From: Bacteroidota bacterium
Lineage (GTDB): Bacteria; Bacteroidota; Bacteroidia; 2-12-FULL-35-15
Reading direction: 5' to 3'
Assembly: GCA_040389865.1 (NCBI GenBank)
Contig: JAZJZM010000019.1
Span: 17,423 to 81,422, forward strand
DNA: 64,000 nucleotides
Shown: positions 50,519 through 61,107 of the stretch, piece by piece
How the letters are laid out: the number at the start of each line of letters is the position of its first letter
Position numbering within the stretch: the stretch's first letter is position 1
Notes under the pieces: model-generated
Databases searched by the model: none
What the model was told of the DNA's origin: nothing
Seen by the model: the letters and a program-made list of their open reading frames with translations, nothing else
Translations under genes and position numbers: made by a program

Positions 50519-50580
50519 ATTGTGTGCGCTATCATTTCGAGCAAGGTTAAGAAAGCGCGTTTGCCTTCAAAAGCAATTTA
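50519..50580. repeat. Core-repeat family copy (solo)
   Basis: 'tgtgcgctatcatttcgagcaaggttaagaaagcgcgtttgccttcaaaagcaat' is ~80% identical to the internal part of MITE copy B at 54432-54594. Confidence 0.65.
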
Positions 50581-50609
50581 TTGTTTCTTGTTGAAAATGT
50601 GTCAAATCA

Positions 50610-52439
50610 CTAAGGCTTTGGAATTAATTTTAATTTCGCACTCAGCTCTTTTACCTCCAACTTTGTTTTCTCCACATTTTCCTGGAATTCCATAATTAAT
50701 GGATTAGTACTTTTTGATTTTCCGAAAAAGCTCAGATTGTTTTCCAATTGGTCCACTTCAGTTTGAAGTTTTTTAATTTTATCTTGAAGCACCGTACGCT
50801 CTTTTCTTATTTGCTCCATCCCTTGTGGAGATTTAAGCATTTGCTCATATTTTAAACGGTAGAACATTTTATCATCCACATTTGATTTCACCTTCATTCT
50901 TTCAAGCAAGTTTTCAATTGCCTTACCAAAAGCGTTGTTAAGTCTATCACTGTCCTTTAAAGGTGTTTCACCTACAAGAGCCCACTCTTCCTGTAATTTT
51001 TTCAGTTCCTCAATACTTTGGTGGATATCTTCAGAAGGCGCAAACAGATCAGTTTTTGCAATAAGTGCTTCTTTGGCCTGAATATTTGCTTTAAGAGTGT
51101 TTTCCTTCTCCACAACCTGGTTGGTCTTGCTTTCAAAAAAATGATCACAGGCTTTACGGAATCGCTTCCAAACAGCGTCAGAGTCTTTGGTTGCAACCTG
51201 TCCGATGGTTTTCCATTCCACTTGCAGTTTTTTTAATACTTCCGCAGTGGCAATCCATTCGGAGCTTTCCTGCAATGCTTCCGCTTTTAAGCAAAGCGCT
51301 ATTTTCTTTTCAAGATTGCCTGAGAATTCGGTGCGTTGCTTCGCATAAAACTGATCCAGCCCCTGGTGTAAAAGCACACGGGCTGTTTTAAAGCGCGTCC
51401 AGCATTTTCCATTATCACTTTTTGGAACAAAACTTATTTTTTGCCAGGCCTCCCATATAGCATTCTCTTTTTCAGTTGCTTCGCGACAGCCTTTATGTGA
51501 AACAAACTCTTCTTGACCAAGTAGTTCTATTTGCTCACACAAAGCTAATTTGGCAGCAAGGTTACTTTTTTGTTGTTTTTGTATTTGAGCTGTATGTTCT
51601 TTTTTACGTTCAACTATTTTATCACCTGCAGTTTTAAAACGCAGCCATAAATTATCTTTTAATTCTCTGCCCGAATTTCGGATCTCACTCCATTCTTCCT
51701 GCAGCATCGTAAGGGCTTCCAATGCTTTCTTTAAGGAAGGTTCTGCATTCAAGAGTTCTGCCTTTTCACAAAGTTGGATTTTATACTCAACGTTTTTTTT
51801 CTTATCCAGTACATTCAGTTCATTGTTGATCTTCACCATGTCATAGAACTTACCTGTAAGAAAAAAATAATTTTCTCTTAACGTATGCGTATCTTGGATC
51901 GGGACATTGCCTGTAACGCGCCATTTACTTTGAAGTGCCTGAAACTTGTGGTACGAAGCCGAGAAGTTCTCATTACCTTTTAACAGCTCTTTTAATTCTT
52001 CAATGATCAACTTTTTTGTTGAAAGATTCTCCTGTGCTGATTTTTCCTTTTGCTTTCGCTGAAGTACTTTTTTAGCGTTTAAGCTTTTCCAGACCTGTTC
52101 TGCTTTTTCATCCAAAGGGTCTGCCTTGGGTTCAAAATCTTCGGCAGGACTGCCGTCTTCAGTGAAAATTTGAAGTTTGCGATCATACTCTTCCTTTGCC
52201 AGTTCATCTAATTTTTTTTTAATGATCACTGCTGCAGGAAATATTGAATGTACCTCTTCCTGTTCCAGGTATTCAGTTAGCTTATCTATAAGTTGAGTTT
52301 TACTCAAGCCTTCTATTTCGTCTTCAGAAATGAGTACATCAACATTTTCTGATTCTAATTCATCAGTAGAGATTACCGGAATTGCCACCTGCGTAGGATC
52401 TTCATTTACTACCGGGTTCTTTTCTTCATTATTTTGCAT
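50610..52439 (-). CDS. DUF349-domain protein
   Basis: About six repeats of the DUF349-type unit '..LQEEW..IG.....D..LW.RF..A.D.FF..K'. ATG 52439 ('MQNNEEKNPV') is the likely start; the ORF is open to 52475. Confidence 0.7.
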   Translation of the reverse strand: MQNNEEKNPVVNEDPTQVAIPVISTDELESENVDVLISEDEIEGLSKTQLIDKLTEYLEQEEVHSIFPAAVIIKKKLDELAKEEYDRKLQIFTEDGSPAEDFEPKADPLDEKAEQVWKSLNAKKVLQRKQKEKSAQENLSTKKLIIEELKELLKGNENFSASYHKFQALQSKWRVTGNVPIQDTHTLRENYFFLTGKFYDMVKINNELNVLDKKKNVEYKIQLCEKAELLNAEPSLKKALEALTMLQEEWSEIRNSGRELKDNLWLRFKTAGDKIVERKKEHTAQIQKQQKSNLAAKLALCEQIELLGQEEFVSHKGCREATEKENAIWEAWQKISFVPKSDNGKCWTRFKTARVLLHQGLDQFYAKQRTEFSGNLEKKIALCLKAEALQESSEWIATAEVLKKLQVEWKTIGQVATKDSDAVWKRFRKACDHFFESKTNQVVEKENTLKANIQAKEALIAKTDLFAPSEDIHQSIEELKKLQEEWALVGETPLKDSDRLNNAFGKAIENLLERMKVKSNVDDKMFYRLKYEQMLKSPQGMEQIRKERTVLQDKIKKLQTEVDQLENNLSFFGKSKSTNPLIMEFQENVEKTKLEVKELSAKLKLIPKP

Positions 52440-52787
52440 AATACAAATTTTAAAAATATTATTTGGATAGCCCAATTTATCGGATCAATGGTTTTTAACC
52501 AAATAAGATCTTATCAAGCTCAAGCTCTTATGCATCTAATTTACAACAATTTTTAAAATGGACATTTAAAATAAAATAAAAGCTTCAAGTTGTTTAATGT
52601 TCAATATCTATAAAGCGATTACTTTATTAAAAGGAATGTGTGTTTTTGAAATGAAAACGATGCGGAAAATTCAGGAGATCTTTTTGAAGGTTTTTCGAAA
52701 ACAGAAAAAGCTCCCAAAGTGTTGATTTTCTATAAAATGCAGTTTTTATTCACAATTTTAATATTGTTTAATCAGAAGTGAATTTCT

Positions 52788-53000
52788 CTATACAGGTTCA
52801 GCTTTTATTTGTGTAAGATCAACACCAAGGTTGGCAAACTCTTTTTCTCCTTTAGTGGTGATGAAAAAATGTTTATCGCTTGGATGATTTTTTTTTAACC
52901 AACCCAGGTCAATGAATTGCTCTAAAAGAAGTCTTCCAAGTTTTCCGCCAATGTGTGTGTAGCAGGTCTTTGCTAGTTTTTTGTTTTTAAGATTTTCCAT
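52788..53000 (-). CDS. Small winged-helix (ArsR-like) regulator candidate
   Basis: 'CYTHIGGKLGRLLLEQFIDLGWL' resembles the ArsR/SmtB recognition-helix region. The assignment is weak. Confidence 0.35.
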   Translation of the reverse strand: MENLKNKKLAKTCYTHIGGKLGRLLLEQFIDLGWLKKNHPSDKHFFITTKGEKEFANLGVDLTQIKAEPV

Positions 53001-53038
53001 TGTTGCACTTTTTTTAATTTCCCTTAATAATCAGCAAG

Positions 53039-53428
53039 TCATTTTGTTGTTGGGGCGATCTTCATTTTGGCGAGGTAATAAAAATAGCCGGCAATAAATA
53101 ATCCCCGGAAAACAATTCCTCCCCATCCTTGTGAAGTAAAGATCCCTTTAAATACGCCATACGCATCAGCACACACGGATGCTATTAAATAAAAAAGTGT
53201 TCCAATAAATATCGCTTTTAGGGCAATGGTGTCCTGACTTTTTCTACTTAACAAGGTTATGATCCCGAAGGCGATCGAAAAAACTCCAAGATTCTTTTGA
53301 AGCAAAAGGGCAGCATCTGTGGTTTCTTTCATCAGTTGCGAAGCGGCCATCTCTGTGAAAAATAGAAAAAACACACCAATAAATAGTTGACCCATAGCTC
53401 CAATTAAAAGGAAGTTTTCTCGTTTCAT
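53039..53428 (-). CDS. Hypothetical integral membrane protein (4 predicted TM segments)
   Basis: It is hydrophobic throughout ('LLIGAMGQLFIGVFFLFF', 'VFSIAFGIITLL', 'IFIGTLFYLIASV', 'GIVFRGLFIAGYFYYL'). Confidence 0.45.
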   Translation of the reverse strand: MKRENFLLIGAMGQLFIGVFFLFFTEMAASQLMKETTDAALLLQKNLGVFSIAFGIITLLSRKSQDTIALKAIFIGTLFYLIASVCADAYGVFKGIFTSQGWGGIVFRGLFIAGYFYYLAKMKIAPTTK

Positions 53429-53759
53429 ATTATTTTGTTTTTTTTAATGTTTTCAAAGGTAGGTTTGAGGCATTAATTTATTAATGAGTAGGATCAGGGA
53501 CAAAAATGATCTTGGTTATAATCTATAAAATGTTAGTAAGCCATTTTTAGTTTTTTTGGTTCTGATAATCAACCGATTCGGGATTTTGAGGGTAAGGTTT
53601 TTTCAAGAACAAAAGGGTAAAAACCTCATGGCTTTTTACGTATACATGCTGGTTTTAATATTCCGATAGAAAATGTCAATAAAAAATTATAAATGTTTTT
53701 AAGTTTTATTATAAGAAACAATTTTTTAATACTAAATTCGCAACATCAAAAAAATTAAA

Positions 53760-54077
53760 ATGAACGAAAGAGATTTTCAACCAACAAACGGAAATATTGT
53801 AAAGGCTTTACTTGCTAATCAAAAACTTGTACTTGTTGGTATTCAAAAGAAAATTCAAAATTTACATTCCGATTCTGCAAACAGCGGATTCCTTCAACAA
53901 CTTCTCAACGAAGCAGGTCAATTAATTAAATTATCTGATAAAGACGCTGGAACCAAGATCAGGGAATATGCCGAGGAATTGGATTTTTATTTAAACGGTG
54001 GATCTGACGATTTGACGAAATTTTATCATTGTAAGGCTGAAGCACTTACCATTATTGCTAAGCAGGTTGGTGCGTAA
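53760..54077 (+). CDS. Hypothetical protein (105 aa)
   Basis: Intact ORF with its own terminator 120 bp downstream. Confidence 0.45.
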   Translation: MNERDFQPTNGNIVKALLANQKLVLVGIQKKIQNLHSDSANSGFLQQLLNEAGQLIKLSDKDAGTKIREYAEELDFYLNGGSDDLTKFYHCKAEALTIIAKQVGA

Positions 54078-54196
54078 AAACACCATTGCTCTCTTCCATT
54101 GTTTATATTCATTAGAATTACAAATTTACCCTTCCTGTTTTTATATTGTACAAGTTTTTCAAGGGCTTCAAATATAGTATTGTAAATGAACAACAA

Positions 54197-54234
54197 AAAA
54201 CCTTTAACGTATTACCGTTAAAGGTTTTTTGTTT
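54197..54234 (+). terminator. Rho-independent terminator (13-bp stem + T-run)
   Basis: 'aaaacctttaacg'-tattac-'cgttaaaggtttt' followed by 'ttgttt'. Confidence 0.75.
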
Positions 54235-54431
54235 ACTCTTTGATCCCGCTGAGGCATTCGAATCTCTTTCTGAATAGCCTGTAATTACTATCTTTTAATC
54301 ATTTTCTAAGAACTTTGGTGAAGTAATAGCGAATTGCTCCTTTTTTATCAGTTTTGATTATTATCATACAACCAGAACAAAGATATAATTCAACTCTTTA
54401 TAAAATTAATGGCAAAGACTTTAATTGTATA

Positions 54432-54594
54432 AGAGCCTGTTTAAATTTTATTCAAAATGGTTTTTTGCCTTCGCTCTATTTCTAGTCTCCACTCAAAATG
54501 ACCATGTGCGCTGTCATTTCGAGCGATTCGAGAAAGGTGCATTAGCTTTGTAAGCAATATTGTTATTCTTTTATATAAAATTTAAACAGGCTCT
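54432..54594. mobile_element. MITE-like element copy B (163 bp); its arms are inverted relative to copy A
   Basis: It carries the same 20-bp TIRs 'agagcctgtttaaattttat' ... 'ataaaatttaaacaggctct'. The arm 'caagcaatattgttattctt' is the reverse complement of copy A's 'aagaataacaatattgcttg'. The central hairpin is degenerate ('ctccactcaaaatgaccatgtgcgctgtcatttcgagcgattcgagaaa'). Confidence 0.7.
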
Positions 54595-55149
54595 AACAAG
54601 ATGGAATTATTTTTGGAACCTCAAGTCAATTTGCACACAAAATAAAAGGAGTTAAAAAAAAGTAAATGAACAACTTATGACAATTTAGGCAAAGACATTT
54701 GGTACCCATTGCTAGAATATTTACTTTTTCTATTTTCATTTATTTCTAATGTAAAAATAGACAAATATAGATGCTGGTTTCTGAAACGTGTATGCCATGT
54801 TTTTAGAGATAAAAATGGGTGTTTTTACGGATATCAATTGATTTTATATATTGTATCATTGAGCTTTAAAATAATTTTTGAAATTTAATTAACCCTCATT
54901 CTTAAAAATTATCTATTCTTTACAAAGGAATAGATATGAACGAACAACATTTTTTTTTAGTTCTATGAGATTTTTGATTTTTAACAAAAACTAAACTTTT
55001 CTTACATGGTAATGTATTTGTGATTTTTGATAAAATCGGAGAAAAAAAAGTATTTATTTTTAACGTGATTTAAATGCATATCATTACAAAAAAGCAGTAA
55101 TAGCTTTTTTCGAAGCATTTGCATAAATATTAATTATTACTAATTCAGC

Positions 55150-55590
55150 ATGAGTTATAACTTAAAAAAAATGGAATTAAAAAAAGCTGGTTCGAAATAC
55201 CAATCGGTTATGATTGTTGATGATTGTGAAATTGATAATTATATTAATGAAATTATAATTAAAAAGGCTGGCTTTGCTGAGAATGTTTATAAACATAGCG
55301 GAGCTTTGGGGTCATTAGAGTTTTTAAAAAATATAGCAATGCTTAACTATACTGATCTTGATTTATTACCATCGGTTCTCTTTTTAGACATCAACATGCC
55401 TGTTTTAGATGGTTTTCAATTCCTTGATGAACTTAATAATTTTCCAACACAATTAAATAGAAAAATTAAAATTGTAATACTTTCTTCCTCCGCAAACCCT
55501 TCTGATATAAAAAAAGCAAGTCAATATAAACAAGTTGTCAAATTTCTTCATAAGCCTCTTACGAAAGAGGATTTGTACAACTTAAATTAA
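55150..55590 (+). CDS. Single-domain response regulator (REC)
   Basis: 'SVMIVDDCEIDN', 'FLDINMPVLDGFQFL' and 'VVKFLHKPL'. Confidence 0.8.
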   Translation: MSYNLKKMELKKAGSKYQSVMIVDDCEIDNYINEIIIKKAGFAENVYKHSGALGSLEFLKNIAMLNYTDLDLLPSVLFLDINMPVLDGFQFLDELNNFPTQLNRKIKIVILSSSANPSDIKKASQYKQVVKFLHKPLTKEDLYNLN

Positions 55591-55640
55591 TCTGATTTGT
55601 TCCATTCCTTTAAAGGATTTTAAATATCTATATACTTTAT

Positions 55641-57065
55641 ATGCTTCAAAAAATCATTCATCAATTAAATGAGAAGGATTATTCACTTCTTTCGTTACAA
55701 ATGAAAGAATCAAAAGCGGACAAATTTTTGTCTCTGTTGGTTAATTACCGTAAGGAAAAAACTACGGACAAAGAGTTGATCACAATTCTCAACGTTAATC
55801 CTCCTGCTTTTTATACCTTAAAGTCAAGATTATCAGAGAAAGTTCAATTCTTTTTATTTAAAAACAGCGCAGAAACCCGTATTGAGTTGATTCAAAACGT
55901 ATCAAAAATTGATCAATTGGTATATAATACTCCTCGTGAAACTGCAATTCAGATATTAAAAAAATTAGAAGCAGAGTTAATTAAAAATGACATGCCCAAT
56001 GAGCTGATTGTAGTTTACAAAGCATTAAAAAAGCTCCATCTTCATTCTTCAAAACATTTTGATTATTCACAACTCTATAATAAGCATGTTGCATATAATT
56101 TGGCACAGGATAAAGCCGAAGATTTATTATCCTCTTTTTGCAAAACGCTAAGCGAATACTATTTAAGCAGAAATGAGATACAGCTCACCTCACTAATTTT
56201 GTTAAAGAATGAAATGGAAAACGTGTGCAGGCTCTATAAATCCCACCGTTTAACGATTTATAAAAATATCCTGAACATCCATTTCGCTTTATTTTTATCT
56301 GATGCAGCTAAACTGAATGATGAAACAACCATTGAATCAATGCTGGCTGAATCCATTGAAATACTTAAAAATTTTGAGGATGATAAGGTTTATAAACATT
56401 TAATTCAGGTTATTAATTTTTTATATTTTGAATATTATTATCAATTAAAGTTGCATAAGAATGCACTTGTTTATTATGATAAGATATCATGCAAAACAGA
56501 AGCATTGTTGCTACTCAACCATAGCTGCTTTGCATCTCATTTTTTAATTTCAAAAATCGAATACACTGTTACAGGATCAAAACTTCCTGATTTTCACCTT
56601 AAAAATGATATTCTGGAAGATGATCCAGATCCTGAAAATATTCCAAATTTTATTTTGTTTGTTTACCATAAAACATCTATTGCGTTTTATGAAGGCCGTT
56701 ATTCTGATGCTATTCAAAGCTTGAACAAATTATTAAGAGAAATAAGTTTTAAGAGTATTGCTTTTTCTGAAGTTGAAATAAAATTGTTTCTTGCTATGCT
56801 TTATTTTTTTAACAAAGATGAAGAACACGCAACTGTAATTTTAAGAAATGTTACCAGAAAAATAAATGAAGAAAAAACAAGTGAAAAATATAAGTGCGTC
56901 ACGCCATTTCTGAAATTGTTAAAATCTTTAGGAAAGGGACAGAGTGAAAAGCAAGAAGAAAAAATTATTTTGCTTAATAACTATTATAAGGCCGCTAATG
57001 TTGGTCAATACAGAATCCTCGAGTCTCTTGTGTTAAATGATGAAATGCTGTCAAAAATTAAATAA
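55641..57065 (+). CDS. Hypothetical alpha-helical protein (474 aa)
   Basis: Intact ORF; no recognisable catalytic or NTP-binding motif. Confidence 0.5.
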   Translation: MLQKIIHQLNEKDYSLLSLQMKESKADKFLSLLVNYRKEKTTDKELITILNVNPPAFYTLKSRLSEKVQFFLFKNSAETRIELIQNVSKIDQLVYNTPRETAIQILKKLEAELIKNDMPNELIVVYKALKKLHLHSSKHFDYSQLYNKHVAYNLAQDKAEDLLSSFCKTLSEYYLSRNEIQLTSLILLKNEMENVCRLYKSHRLTIYKNILNIHFALFLSDAAKLNDETTIESMLAESIEILKNFEDDKVYKHLIQVINFLYFEYYYQLKLHKNALVYYDKISCKTEALLLLNHSCFASHFLISKIEYTVTGSKLPDFHLKNDILEDDPDPENIPNFILFVYHKTSIAFYEGRYSDAIQSLNKLLREISFKSIAFSEVEIKLFLAMLYFFNKDEEHATVILRNVTRKINEEKTSEKYKCVTPFLKLLKSLGKGQSEKQEEKIILLNNYYKAANVGQYRILESLVLNDEMLSKIK

Positions 57066-57085
57066 CATCACAAAATTTTTTCCAA

Positions 57086-57862
57086 TTGAAAAGAATAATA
57101 TTTTTCGTCCTTCTGATCCCTCAAATTATTTCTGCCCAAATGAAGCAGAAGGAAAACTATACAGTTTATGTTAATTATCCTGATTATACAATAAAAACAG
57201 ACATATCTTCTAAGGTTAAAAGGATAAACATCCATGAAGAGCTGACTTATTACTGGTATGCTTCCAACAAAATAATGGAAACCACAGGAGGCTATGATGG
57301 TAAAATACTTAACGGCTCCTACACTTCATTCTATGTCAGCGGTAATTTAAGAGAGAAAGGTAAATTTAGAAATGGAATAAAAAATGGAGAATGGATTGCC
57401 TGGTATGAAACAGGGAAAATGAAAGAAATAAATGCATGGAGAAGAGGTATAAAGTCAAGTACTTCTAAAAGCTTTGATATAAATGGTGACCTTATTTCTG
57501 AGGCGAAATATAAGAAAGGGAAATTGAATGGTTCTCAAACAACTTATGGAAACGGAAAGGTCATTACAAAAAAGAAATATAAAAATGGAATAGAGGTTAT
57601 CAAGAAAGAAAAGAACCTTGATAAGGCTCTTGTTTCAATAGGACCCCGTACAAACATGGCTGAAAGATATAAGGTATTTAAAGAAAAAATTGTATCTGTT
57701 TTTAAAAAACACAATGACGAGGGAAATAAACAATCATTAAAAAAAGTAAAAAAAAATACTTCAGCAGACACACCTAAAAAGGTAAAAAAAGAAACACCTT
57801 CGGTTTTTAAAAAGAAGGTCGCTTCTGAAGAAATCAAAAAATCCAAGGAAAAAGCAAAATGA
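57086..57862 (+). CDS. MORN-repeat-variant (YwqK-like) protein with a Lys-rich C-terminal tail
   Basis: Repeats 'GSYTSFYVSGNLREKGKFRNGIKNGEWIAWYETGKMKEINAWRRGIK..G.S..F..NG.L..E..YKKGKLNG'. Signal peptide. Confidence 0.6.
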   Translation: MKRIIFFVLLIPQIISAQMKQKENYTVYVNYPDYTIKTDISSKVKRINIHEELTYYWYASNKIMETTGGYDGKILNGSYTSFYVSGNLREKGKFRNGIKNGEWIAWYETGKMKEINAWRRGIKSSTSKSFDINGDLISEAKYKKGKLNGSQTTYGNGKVITKKKYKNGIEVIKKEKNLDKALVSIGPRTNMAERYKVFKEKIVSVFKKHNDEGNKQSLKKVKKNTSADTPKKVKKETPSVFKKKVASEEIKKSKEKAK

Positions 57863-59124
57863 TAAAAGCGGGAGCGTTATTTTATGCAATTGTTATTTCC
57901 TTGATTATTGCAATTACGAGTAGTGCTCTTATTCTATCTGCATATCTTAGCAGGATCCAATATGAAAATTTTGAGATTAAAAGGCGATTAGACTTGAATG
58001 CTGATTCGGGAATAAAGCTGCTATTGTCAAAGCAATCATTGGTTGAGCTAAATCAGGAAAAAGCAATTGACTTATTTAATAATGGAATTGATAGTGTAAT
58101 TCTGATCAGAAAACAGTGGGGAGCATATGAAATAGCAATTTCAAAGGCGATATTTAAAAATAGTACGTCAGTTCGTACTGCACAGATTGGCTTTTACCCG
58201 GATAGTGATCATTTATATAGTTTACATTTATCTGATAAAGACAAACCTCTTGCACTATGTGGTAATACGCTCATAAAAGGTCCGGCCTTTTTGCCAAAAG
58301 CGGGCGTAAAACGAGCATATATAGAAGGACAGAGCTTTTCCCGAAGTCTATTAATTGACGGAGAGATCAGGAAGAGCGACCGGACACTTCCAAAGTTTAA
58401 TCCAGAATTAATAGAGAATATTCAGGCTGTTTTTTTTAAGAAATCATTGAGTGACAACGACAGTATACTCGATATAAAAAACGAGCTGACAGGAGATTCT
58501 TTGAATAATAGCTTTCAAAATAAGACATTGGTATTTGCAAGTTCAATCCCCATAGTAGTTTCGAACGGGATGTATTCAGGGAATATAGCCGTTATTTCAG
58601 ATAAACAGATTACTGTCACATCAAGCGCTCTGCTGAAAGATGTGTTGTTGTTTGCCCCAAAAATAATAATTGAAAAAAAATTCAGAGGGAATTTACAGGT
58701 ATTTGCTTCTGATTCAATAAGCATTGGTGAGGATGTAACTTTAACATATCCAAGCGTCATAGGGCTTATAAGTGACAATAAACCAAACGGCACTTCCATT
58801 ATTGTTTTAAATAAAAGTGACACTATTTTGGGAAGTGTATTTATAATTAAAAACGAAAATGCTATAATGGGACAGACACGGCTTCTGATCTCGGAAGAAG
58901 TAGTTATTTTCGGACAAGTCTATTCGAATGGATATGTTGACCTCAAAGGAACAATCAACGGCAGTTTAATGTGTGATAATCTAATGCTAACTACAGCTTC
59001 CTCTGTATACGAAAATCATTTATTGAATGCCGTTATCGATGTATCAAAACTGCCTGAGCATTATACAGGTATTAATCTTGTAGAAGAATCTACAGTAAAA
59101 AAAATAGTAAAATGGCTCAATTGA
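57859..59124 (+). CDS. GspK-like minor-pseudopilin candidate (421 aa)
   Basis: The N-terminal hydrophobic helix 'GALFYAIVISLIIAITSSALILSAYL' lacks Glu+5, as in GspK. A large periplasmic domain follows. The ATGA start/stop overlaps the upstream gene, and the 3' end overlaps the next gene by 13 nt. Confidence 0.45.
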   Translation: MIKAGALFYAIVISLIIAITSSALILSAYLSRIQYENFEIKRRLDLNADSGIKLLLSKQSLVELNQEKAIDLFNNGIDSVILIRKQWGAYEIAISKAIFKNSTSVRTAQIGFYPDSDHLYSLHLSDKDKPLALCGNTLIKGPAFLPKAGVKRAYIEGQSFSRSLLIDGEIRKSDRTLPKFNPELIENIQAVFFKKSLSDNDSILDIKNELTGDSLNNSFQNKTLVFASSIPIVVSNGMYSGNIAVISDKQITVTSSALLKDVLLFAPKIIIEKKFRGNLQVFASDSISIGEDVTLTYPSVIGLISDNKPNGTSIIVLNKSDTILGSVFIIKNENAIMGQTRLLISEEVVIFGQVYSNGYVDLKGTINGSLMCDNLMLTTASSVYENHLLNAVIDVSKLPEHYTGINLVEESTVKKIVKWLN

Positions 59125-59462
59125 ACCATAACCTAAAAGCTGCAACACTGATGGAATCCTTAATAGCAATGATTATTATTGTTGTTTGTTTTGGTGTTGC
59201 AACTATGATTTATACGAATGTTTTGGATTCAGACAAGCAACGGCTTCAATTAAAGGCCATTTTGATATTGAACAAGAAAGCAATAGAAACAAAGACTAAA
59301 AAAGAATTTCTTGATTCGGAAGAAGTAGCAGGCGACTGGACTATAAAAAAAATAATCGAACATTACCCCGGGACAGAAAATTTATATCAGCTTACTTTAA
59401 CTGCGTTGAGTAAAAGCGGGAAAACAATCGCGATAAGAAATGAATTAATATTGGCGGAATAA
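59112..59462 (+). CDS. Prepilin-type (type IV pilin / pseudopilin) protein
   Basis: 'LKA|ATLMESLIAMIIIVVCFGV' shows an A/G-(F/A)TL.E motif with Glu at +5 and a hydrophobic helix. Confidence 0.65.
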   Translation: MAQLNHNLKAATLMESLIAMIIIVVCFGVATMIYTNVLDSDKQRLQLKAILILNKKAIETKTKKEFLDSEEVAGDWTIKKIIEHYPGTENLYQLTLTALSKSGKTIAIRNELILAE

Positions 59463-59956
59463 TGAAACAGATTTCAGCCTTTACATTGTTGGAATTGCTC
59501 ATTGGGATGATCCTAAGTAGTATCGTTATTGGTTTCTGTTATACGGGCTATTCAATAATTCACAAGCAATATTTAAATTATAATAATATAAAAAGAGAAA
59601 ATACTAATGCAATTCAGTTAAATTCAATTTTAAATACAGATTTTGTGAATGCCGGATATGTAATGTACGATGGGGATAAATTGATTTTAAATTCTGAAAA
59701 CAAGGATCAGTTGCAATACGAATTTAAAGAAAATTACATTTTAAGGAGCACCAGCGGCTTAATTGATTCTTTTATGTTTTCTCCGGTAAATATTAGTCCG
59801 GAATATTTGAAGGAATCGACACGTTTACCTCTGGCAATTATTAATGAGTTTTCCTTTGATGTTGTTATACTTGGAGAATTAGAACATTTTCATTTTATTA
59901 AAGAATACAGTGCCGAAACAATGATTAGATTACAAATGGAAAATTCGAGCAATTAA
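59462..59956 (+). CDS. Prepilin-type (type IV pilin / pseudopilin) protein
   Basis: 'ISA|FTLLELLIGMILSSIVIGF' is a canonical prepilin N-terminus. The TAATG overlaps the previous gene. Confidence 0.75.
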   Translation: MKQISAFTLLELLIGMILSSIVIGFCYTGYSIIHKQYLNYNNIKRENTNAIQLNSILNTDFVNAGYVMYDGDKLILNSENKDQLQYEFKENYILRSTSGLIDSFMFSPVNISPEYLKESTRLPLAIINEFSFDVVILGELEHFHFIKEYSAETMIRLQMENSSN

Positions 59957-59958
59957 TT

Positions 59959-61107
59959 ATGTTGCAAATAGATCTAAATAATATTGATTTTGTAAAAAAA
60001 GCACCTGCCACACCTCTAAAAGAAAGGAAGGGTACACTTGACTTTCTGAATAAGGATCTTAAACTATTTGAAACAGGCTTTAGTGATAAAAAGAAAGAGC
60101 GTTTTTATTCAGAACTATGTATTCTTTTTTCAGCAGGAGTGGATATTCGTTCGGCTCTGGAATTAATAGAGGAAGAACAGACAAAAGAAAAAGATAAAAT
60201 TTTATTTGCCACTATAAAAGAATCCGTAGTAGCAGGTGCAGGCTTGTCAAGTGCTGTTGAACAAACCGGTATGTTTTCACCATACGAGTATTACAGCATT
60301 CAGATTGGTGAAGAAAGCGGAAGTTTAACAAAAGTGTTGCAGGAGCTTTCCTATTTTTATTCCAAAAAAATTCAACAGAAACGGCAGTTAATAAGTGCTC
60401 TTTCATATCCTGCGGTTGTTTTTTCAGCATCCTTTGGAGCTATATTTTTTATGATGAAATTTGTAGTTCCTATGTTTGCTGATGTTTTCAAGCGTTTTAA
60501 AGGGGAATTACCTTATTTCACGCGATTGATCATTCGGTTATCCGATGCTTTTTCAAATTATTCTTTATACTTTTTTGTAGGAATCACTATTATAGTTGTT
60601 TTTTTATATAATAAAAGGAGAACGGTTTGGTTTAGAAAGCTGAGTGCGGATGTATTATTGCGGACTCCTATTATGAAGGACATGATAAGCAAAATATATC
60701 TTGCCCGCTTTTGTCAATCAATGAATTTATTGATCAGTGCCAAGACTCCCTTAGTAACAGCAATTGATTTGGTAAAAAAAATGGTAGGTTTTTACCCAAT
60801 TGAAGTGTCACTCGAAACAATACAAGAAGATATACTGAAAGGCCAGCCATTACACCTTAGTCTGGCAAAATTTAAAATATATAACAGGCGGATGATCTCC
60901 CTGATAAGAGTTGCGGAAGAAGTGAACCAGCTTGATGTAATGTTTTCTAAATTAGCAAAGCAATACTCTGATGAAGTAGAGCACCAGACAAGTATATTGG
61001 GGAGTTTAATTGAACCTATAATGATCATTTTTCTTGGACTTCTTGTCGCAATTATTCTAGTTGCGATGTATCTGCCTCTTTTCCAGATGAGTTCAACGGT
61101 TGGATAA
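59959..61107 (+). CDS. GspF/PilC-family inner-membrane platform protein
   Basis: Two T2SS_F-type helical repeats ('LCILFSAGVDIRSALELIEE..', 'LLISAKTPLVTAIDLVKK..') and 3 TM segments. Confidence 0.75.
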   Translation: MLQIDLNNIDFVKKAPATPLKERKGTLDFLNKDLKLFETGFSDKKKERFYSELCILFSAGVDIRSALELIEEEQTKEKDKILFATIKESVVAGAGLSSAVEQTGMFSPYEYYSIQIGEESGSLTKVLQELSYFYSKKIQQKRQLISALSYPAVVFSASFGAIFFMMKFVVPMFADVFKRFKGELPYFTRLIIRLSDAFSNYSLYFFVGITIIVVFLYNKRRTVWFRKLSADVLLRTPIMKDMISKIYLARFCQSMNLLISAKTPLVTAIDLVKKMVGFYPIEVSLETIQEDILKGQPLHLSLAKFKIYNRRMISLIRVAEEVNQLDVMFSKLAKQYSDEVEHQTSILGSLIEPIMIIFLGLLVAIILVAMYLPLFQMSSTVG

